Part shown: positions 60,111-64,000 of the stretch, piece by piece | Numbering within the stretch: the first letter of the stretch is position 1 | Layout of the letters: every line of letters begins with the position of its first letter | Assembly (NCBI GenBank): GCA_937951955.1 | Contig: CALGAD010000161.1 | Location: 2,764 to 66,763 of the forward strand | Reading direction: 5' to 3' | DNA length: 64,000 bases | From: an uncultured Bacillaceae bacterium | Lineage (GTDB): Bacteria > Bacillota > Bacilli > Bacillales > Caldibacillaceae | Translations under genes and position numbers: made by a program | Notes under the pieces: model-generated | Told to the model about the DNA's origin: nothing | Databases searched by the model: none | What the model saw: the letters and a program-made list of their open reading frames with translations, nothing else

Positions 60111-60671
60111 ATGAACGAGCAGACAGATATGATCATCTCCATTATCGGAACGAGCGGGATTCTTGCTCCCGTAGTGTTTATTGTTGTACATATCATGCGT
60201 CAATTCCTGTTTATCCCTGTTTTCATCGTTTGTATGGCCGGTGGCTATTTATTCGGAACTTTATACGGTCTTATTTTTTCATTGATCGGTCTTTCAATTT
60301 CTTGCTTTATCAGTTATCATCTTTTTGATTTGTTTCCGGGGATTCGTAAACGATTTTACGAAATAAAAAGGAAACGATTTGGTGCGTATACCCGGTTAAC
60401 GGTCGGACAGATTGCCGTTTTGAAAGTCGTTCCCTTCATGCATTTTCAATTGATTAACTTATTGCTGATGGAACGGAAAAAAAGTTTTAGTGAATATACA
60501 ACGAGTTCCATTTTGACGAATATTCCCGCTGTCCTGATTTATACATGCCTGGGACGTTCGCTGCAATTTCTCTCACCCGTAAATTTGGTGATATTTTTCT
60601 TTCTCCTTGTTTTATTTATTTTTATTTTCCGGGAACGTTTGGTGATTATTAAATGGAAAGATTTTTTCTAA
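60111..60671 (+). CDS. TVP38/TMEM64 (VTT/DedA-related) family membrane protein
   Basis: Multi-TM protein with FIPVFIVCMAGGYLFG, typical of the family. ATG 60111 follows GGGAAGG. Confidence 0.75.
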   Translation: MNEQTDMIISIIGTSGILAPVVFIVVHIMRQFLFIPVFIVCMAGGYLFGTLYGLIFSLIGLSISCFISYHLFDLFPGIRKRFYEIKRKRFGAYTRLTVGQIAVLKVVPFMHFQLINLLLMERKKSFSEYTTSSILTNIPAVLIYTCLGRSLQFLSPVNLVIFFFLLVLFIFIFRERLVIIKWKDFF

Positions 60672-60682
60672 GCCATAAAAGA

Positions 60683-60706
60683 AACCGTCCGTTAAAATGG
60701 ACGGTT
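60683..60706 (-). terminator. ysdB-like gene terminator (overlaps its stop codon)
   Basis: AACCGTCC / GGACGGTT stem. A U-tract (TTCTTTTAT) is present only on the minus strand. Confidence 0.6.
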
Positions 60707-61090
60707 ATCATCGTTTTCCAGAAATTCTTTAATCGGACTTTTCCAGTCGATCTTGGCATTCGGATAATTTTTCCGGATGCTTTCCTCGATATTACGAAAA
60801 TCCTCTCTTGTTAAACCTTTTAACGAACCGACGTCTTTCGGAAATACAAAGATGGAGACAACATCAAAAGCATCTTCGGTCGTGCCTAAATATTTTTCTC
60901 CTTCAAATAATGCACCTTTATACGTGATCAAAAAATTTTTGCGTACATTATTCGTATCGTCATAAAAGTAAAAGCGTTTTTGTTCATGGGCAAGCTCAAG
61001 CTTCCGTTTCGGATGTAGTAGATAGCGTATCCCGCTGATGATCAATAGTACAATCGCTGCAATTAGTACAATGCGGATGAATAATCCCAT
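60692..61090 (-). CDS. YsdB-like (sigma-W pathway) membrane-anchored protein
   Basis: LHPKRK, DNVRKNFLITYKGALFEGEKYL and NYPNAKIDW resemble remembered B. subtilis YsdB. GGAGGG RBS. Confidence 0.8.
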   Translation of the reverse strand: MGLFIRIVLIAAIVLLIISGIRYLLHPKRKLELAHEQKRFYFYDDTNNVRKNFLITYKGALFEGEKYLGTTEDAFDVVSIFVFPKDVGSLKGLTREDFRNIEESIRKNYPNAKIDWKSPIKEFLENDDNRPF

Positions 61091-61158
61091 GTTCAGCCCT
61101 CCGTTTGCAATCTAACAAATATAAAAGATTTTCAATCAAGCCTGTTCTCATTCCATTA

Positions 61159-61186
61159 TATACGATTTACTTAAAAAAAGGTTTCA
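61159..61186 (-). promoter_or_regulatory. ECF sigma-W-type promoter of the ysdB-like gene
   Basis: Minus strand reads TGAAAC, 16 nt spacer, CGTATA. This exactly fits TGAAAC-N16-CGTA, about 70 nt upstream of the ATG. Confidence 0.6.
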
Positions 61187-61240
61187 GAAAAGAATGCATT
61201 TGCTATAATTGAAAAGTATAGAAAATACGTAAGGGTGAAG

Positions 61241-61738
61241 ATGATGAATCTGGACAAACTATTTGCGTTACAGCAACAATTAGATGACAGAATTCGCAAT
61301 GAACACGGTCTGGAAGATAGTGATTTGTTTATGGACAAAGTTCTTGCGCTATATGTGGAAATTGGTGAGCTCGCCAATGAGACACGCTGCTTTAAATATT
61401 GGAGTAACAAACCGCCCGCAGATAAAGAAACGATTTTAGAAGAGTATGTGGACGGTCTTCATTTTATTTTATCACTGGGACTCGAACTTGAATTGAATAA
61501 AGATATCCCGCATTTTGCTACGGTCAATCATGAAGCTACGACTTTGACGGGGCTATTTTTACAAGTGGTCTATGCTATAAATGAATTGAAACAAAACCGT
61601 TCCAAAGAAGCTTACTGGTATTTGATGACGGTATTTTTTGAGTTAGGGGAAGCCTTAGGTTTTGCGGAATCTGATATCGAGCAAGCCTATTTGGCAAAAA
61701 ACGAAGTGAATCATCAGAGGCAGGATGAAGGTTATTAA
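61241..61738 (+). CDS. Dimeric all-alpha dUTPase-like NTP pyrophosphohydrolase
   Basis: YVEIGELANE...FKYWS...EEYVDGLHFILSLG resembles dUTPase_2-type proteins. Start 61241 or 61244 after AGGGTGA. Confidence 0.6.
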   Translation: MMNLDKLFALQQQLDDRIRNEHGLEDSDLFMDKVLALYVEIGELANETRCFKYWSNKPPADKETILEEYVDGLHFILSLGLELELNKDIPHFATVNHEATTLTGLFLQVVYAINELKQNRSKEAYWYLMTVFFELGEALGFAESDIEQAYLAKNEVNHQRQDEGY

Positions 61739-61740
61739 GA

Positions 61741-61778
61741 AAAAGGCTCTATTCCCGATGTGGGATGGAGCCTTTTCT
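61741..61778. terminator. Bidirectional terminator between the dUTPase-like and glycosyltransferase genes
   Basis: AAAAGGCTC / GAGCCTTTT outer stem with inner TCCC/GGGA. Confidence 0.7.
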
Positions 61779-61788
61779 GGAGAAAAAT

Positions 61789-62928
61789 TTAAGCATAGAG
61801 CAGTGTTTTTTGATTGACGATTTGTTCATAATGGCTTAATAGTGTGTCGAAAATAATATCCCATGTTTGGGTTAAGGCGTATTCCCGCGCCTGATTCGTC
61901 ATTTCTTTTCTTAATTCATGGTCGTTTATTAATTGCGTAATTGCCGCGATAAATTGCTCGATATTGCGCGGTTCACAAAGAAGGCCTGTTTGTTCATGCT
62001 GAACGATATGTTTCACACCACCGGCTTTCGCGGCGATCACCGGTGTTCCCGCTGCCAGGGCTTCCAGGACGACATTGCCGAATGTTTCCGTGACCGATGG
62101 GAAGATGAATAAATCGGAGGCTGCATATACATGGGCTAATTCTTTTCCGTCCAGATAACCGGTAAAGGTCATATTTTCCGGTGCCATTTGTTCCATTTCT
62201 TCTTTACTCGGTCCGTCCCCGGTAATTAACCAGTGGACTTTTTCTTTTACTTCCTGTGGTAACGAACGGGCGATCTTCATTAACGTAGCGACTTCTTTTT
62301 CCGGTGCGAGTCTGCCCACGTAAGATAACAGGAAAGGCTCTTCAATCTGATATTTTTTCCGCAATTCATCTTTGCTGTAGTCCGGATGGAACAGTTCGCA
62401 ATCGACGCCACTTCCCCAGATCGTCATACGCGTAAAGCCCATTTTTCTCAATTGGTCCAGGGTATCTTGAGACGGCACAAAGGTTAACGATAAATGCCGA
62501 TAAAACCAGCGCATAAATTTCCAAAAGAATTTACTTAAAAACTGTAAATCGTAATAGGCCAGGTACTGATCAAAATTCGTATGGTATGAACCGACGACAG
62601 GAACATGATATTTTTTCGCATAGCGTAGACCGCACATCCCGATATTGAACGGGGTGACAATATGAATGATATCCGGTTGAAATTCCTTTAACTTCGCTTT
62701 AATTTTAAAGAAATTCGGTAGCGCCAGCCGGCATTCGGGATAGAGAAAAAAGGGAAAACTCATGAACCGGTTGATATGGGTGGAAAACGGTTCACTCGAT
62801 TTATTATTCGGAGCAAAGACGATAAATTCGATTCCCTTTTCCTCCAAATAATTGGTATAATGGGATAAAATTCGGGCAACTCCATTGACATCCGGTGCAA
62901 ACGTATCTGTAAATATAGCAATTCTCAT
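61789..62928 (-). CDS. Glycosyltransferase family 4 (GT-B fold)
   Basis: MRIAIFTDTFAPDVNGVA N-terminus and the EX7E region PSVTETFGNVVLEALAAG. Confidence 0.88.
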   Translation of the reverse strand: MRIAIFTDTFAPDVNGVARILSHYTNYLEEKGIEFIVFAPNNKSSEPFSTHINRFMSFPFFLYPECRLALPNFFKIKAKLKEFQPDIIHIVTPFNIGMCGLRYAKKYHVPVVGSYHTNFDQYLAYYDLQFLSKFFWKFMRWFYRHLSLTFVPSQDTLDQLRKMGFTRMTIWGSGVDCELFHPDYSKDELRKKYQIEEPFLLSYVGRLAPEKEVATLMKIARSLPQEVKEKVHWLITGDGPSKEEMEQMAPENMTFTGYLDGKELAHVYAASDLFIFPSVTETFGNVVLEALAAGTPVIAAKAGGVKHIVQHEQTGLLCEPRNIEQFIAAITQLINDHELRKEMTNQAREYALTQTWDIIFDTLLSHYEQIVNQKTLLYA

Positions 62929-63250
62929 TTTCTTCCCCCTCGGTATAATCGAAAACCATTCAATGAATCATATATTCAATAAGTCCGAAAAATATCATAC
63001 TATAATATTAGCAAACATGAATATAGTAAAATAATAATTGCCTCATTTCAATCAATCAGGAACGTTCTTTATAGAAAAATAACTGATCGACCTCCTTTTT
63101 TTATTTATTACTATACTAGGACAAATTTGTAAAGACAATATTAAAAATTGTTAAAAGATATTGCAAATTTATTATTATCATATTCATGGAGGAATTCCTT
63201 TACGCTTATTTTAGAATAAGAGTATAATTGTTTTATAGAGGAGGAATTAT

Positions 63251-64000
63251 TATGGATGAAACTTTACAAATGCTAAAAGATTTAACAGACGCAAAAGGCA
63301 TCCCCGGCCATGAAGGGGAAGTTCGTAATGTGTTTAAGAAGTACATAACACCTTATGCCGATGAAATCACCCATGATGGGCTTGGAGGCGTGATTGCGAA
63401 AAAGACCGGTCAAGAAAACGGACCGAAAATTCTTATCGCCGGTCACCTTGATGAAGTTGGTTTTTTAGTCACGCAAATTGATGACAAAGGGTTTATCCGT
63501 TTCCAAACAGTGGGTGGCTGGGTTTCCCATGTATTATTGAACCAGCGGGTTGTCATCGTCACTTCGAAAGGTGAAGAAATTATCGGCGTAATCGGCTCAA
63601 AACCGCCACATATTATGAAACCAGAAGAGCGGAAAAAAGCCGTTGATATAAAAGATTTATTTATCGATATCGGTGCAGAAAGTAAAGAACAGGCGGAAAG
63701 CTGGGGCGTCCGACCAGGGGACATGATCGTACCATATTCTGAATTTACCGTGATGAAAAACGAAAAAAGACTGCTGGCCAAAGCCTGGGATAATCGGGCA
63801 GGACTGGCAGTAGCAATCGGTGTTTTGAAAAATTTACAAAACGAAAACCATCCGAATATCGTCTACGGTGTCGGTACGGTGCAGGAAGAAGTCGGTTTGC
63901 GCGGAGCTAGAACAGCTGCTTACCAAATTGAACCGGATATCGGGATTGCTGTGGATGTCGGCTTGACGGGGGATACACCGGGAGTGTCCGATAAGGATGC
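63251..64000 (+). CDS. M42-family aminopeptidase (YsdC-like), N-terminal 250 codons (runs off the window)
   Basis: ATG 63251 follows GGAGGA and the frame stays open to nt 64000. Contains GHLDEVGF and the DNRAG context. Absent from the ORF track because there is no stop codon in the window. Confidence 0.88.

Overview
Bacillaceae-type (Firmicutes) core chromosome segment with about 60 protein genes, nearly all on the + strand. From memory it is colinear with the Bacillus subtilis yt/ys region. Gene order: GGDEF (partial), GAF, ezrA, cysteine desulfurase-thiI, SASP, NAD kinase, sppA-RDD, ytfI-ytfJ, tpx, ytxK-like methyltransferase, ackA, EcsC-like, ald, Xaa-Pro dipeptidase, UPF0173 hydrolase, ytoI, ytpI, nrnA, ytrI-ytrH, dnaE, GntR/FCD regulator, accD-accA, pfkA-pyk, ytvI, citZ-icd, phoP-phoR, hflK-hflC, polA-mutM-coaE, gapB, nrdR-dnaB-dnaI, ytxC. 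It continues with a two-component system plus a DUF418 membrane protein, thrS (T-box), infC-rpmI-rplT (L20 leader, ATT start), GNAT, ysdA/ysdB-like genes, a dUTPase-like gene, a GT4 glycosyltransferase and an M42 peptidase (partial). I saw no rRNA, tRNA, CRISPR, transposase, integrase, phage or recognisable defence genes, and no convincing multi-gene novel system. The best unexplained signals are: (1) a promoter, a ~120-nt structured RNA and a U8 terminator between dnaE and the GntR regulator; (2) an apparently lower-GC two-component/DUF418 islet between ytxC and thrS; (3) a composite inverted-repeat element at the thrS 3' end; (4) synteny breaks (no mdh after icd, no malic enzyme before accD, hflKC inserted before polA). 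Calls rest on reading the translations, motifs and hairpins by eye. No database search was run, and start codons were chosen by Shine-Dalgarno spacing.
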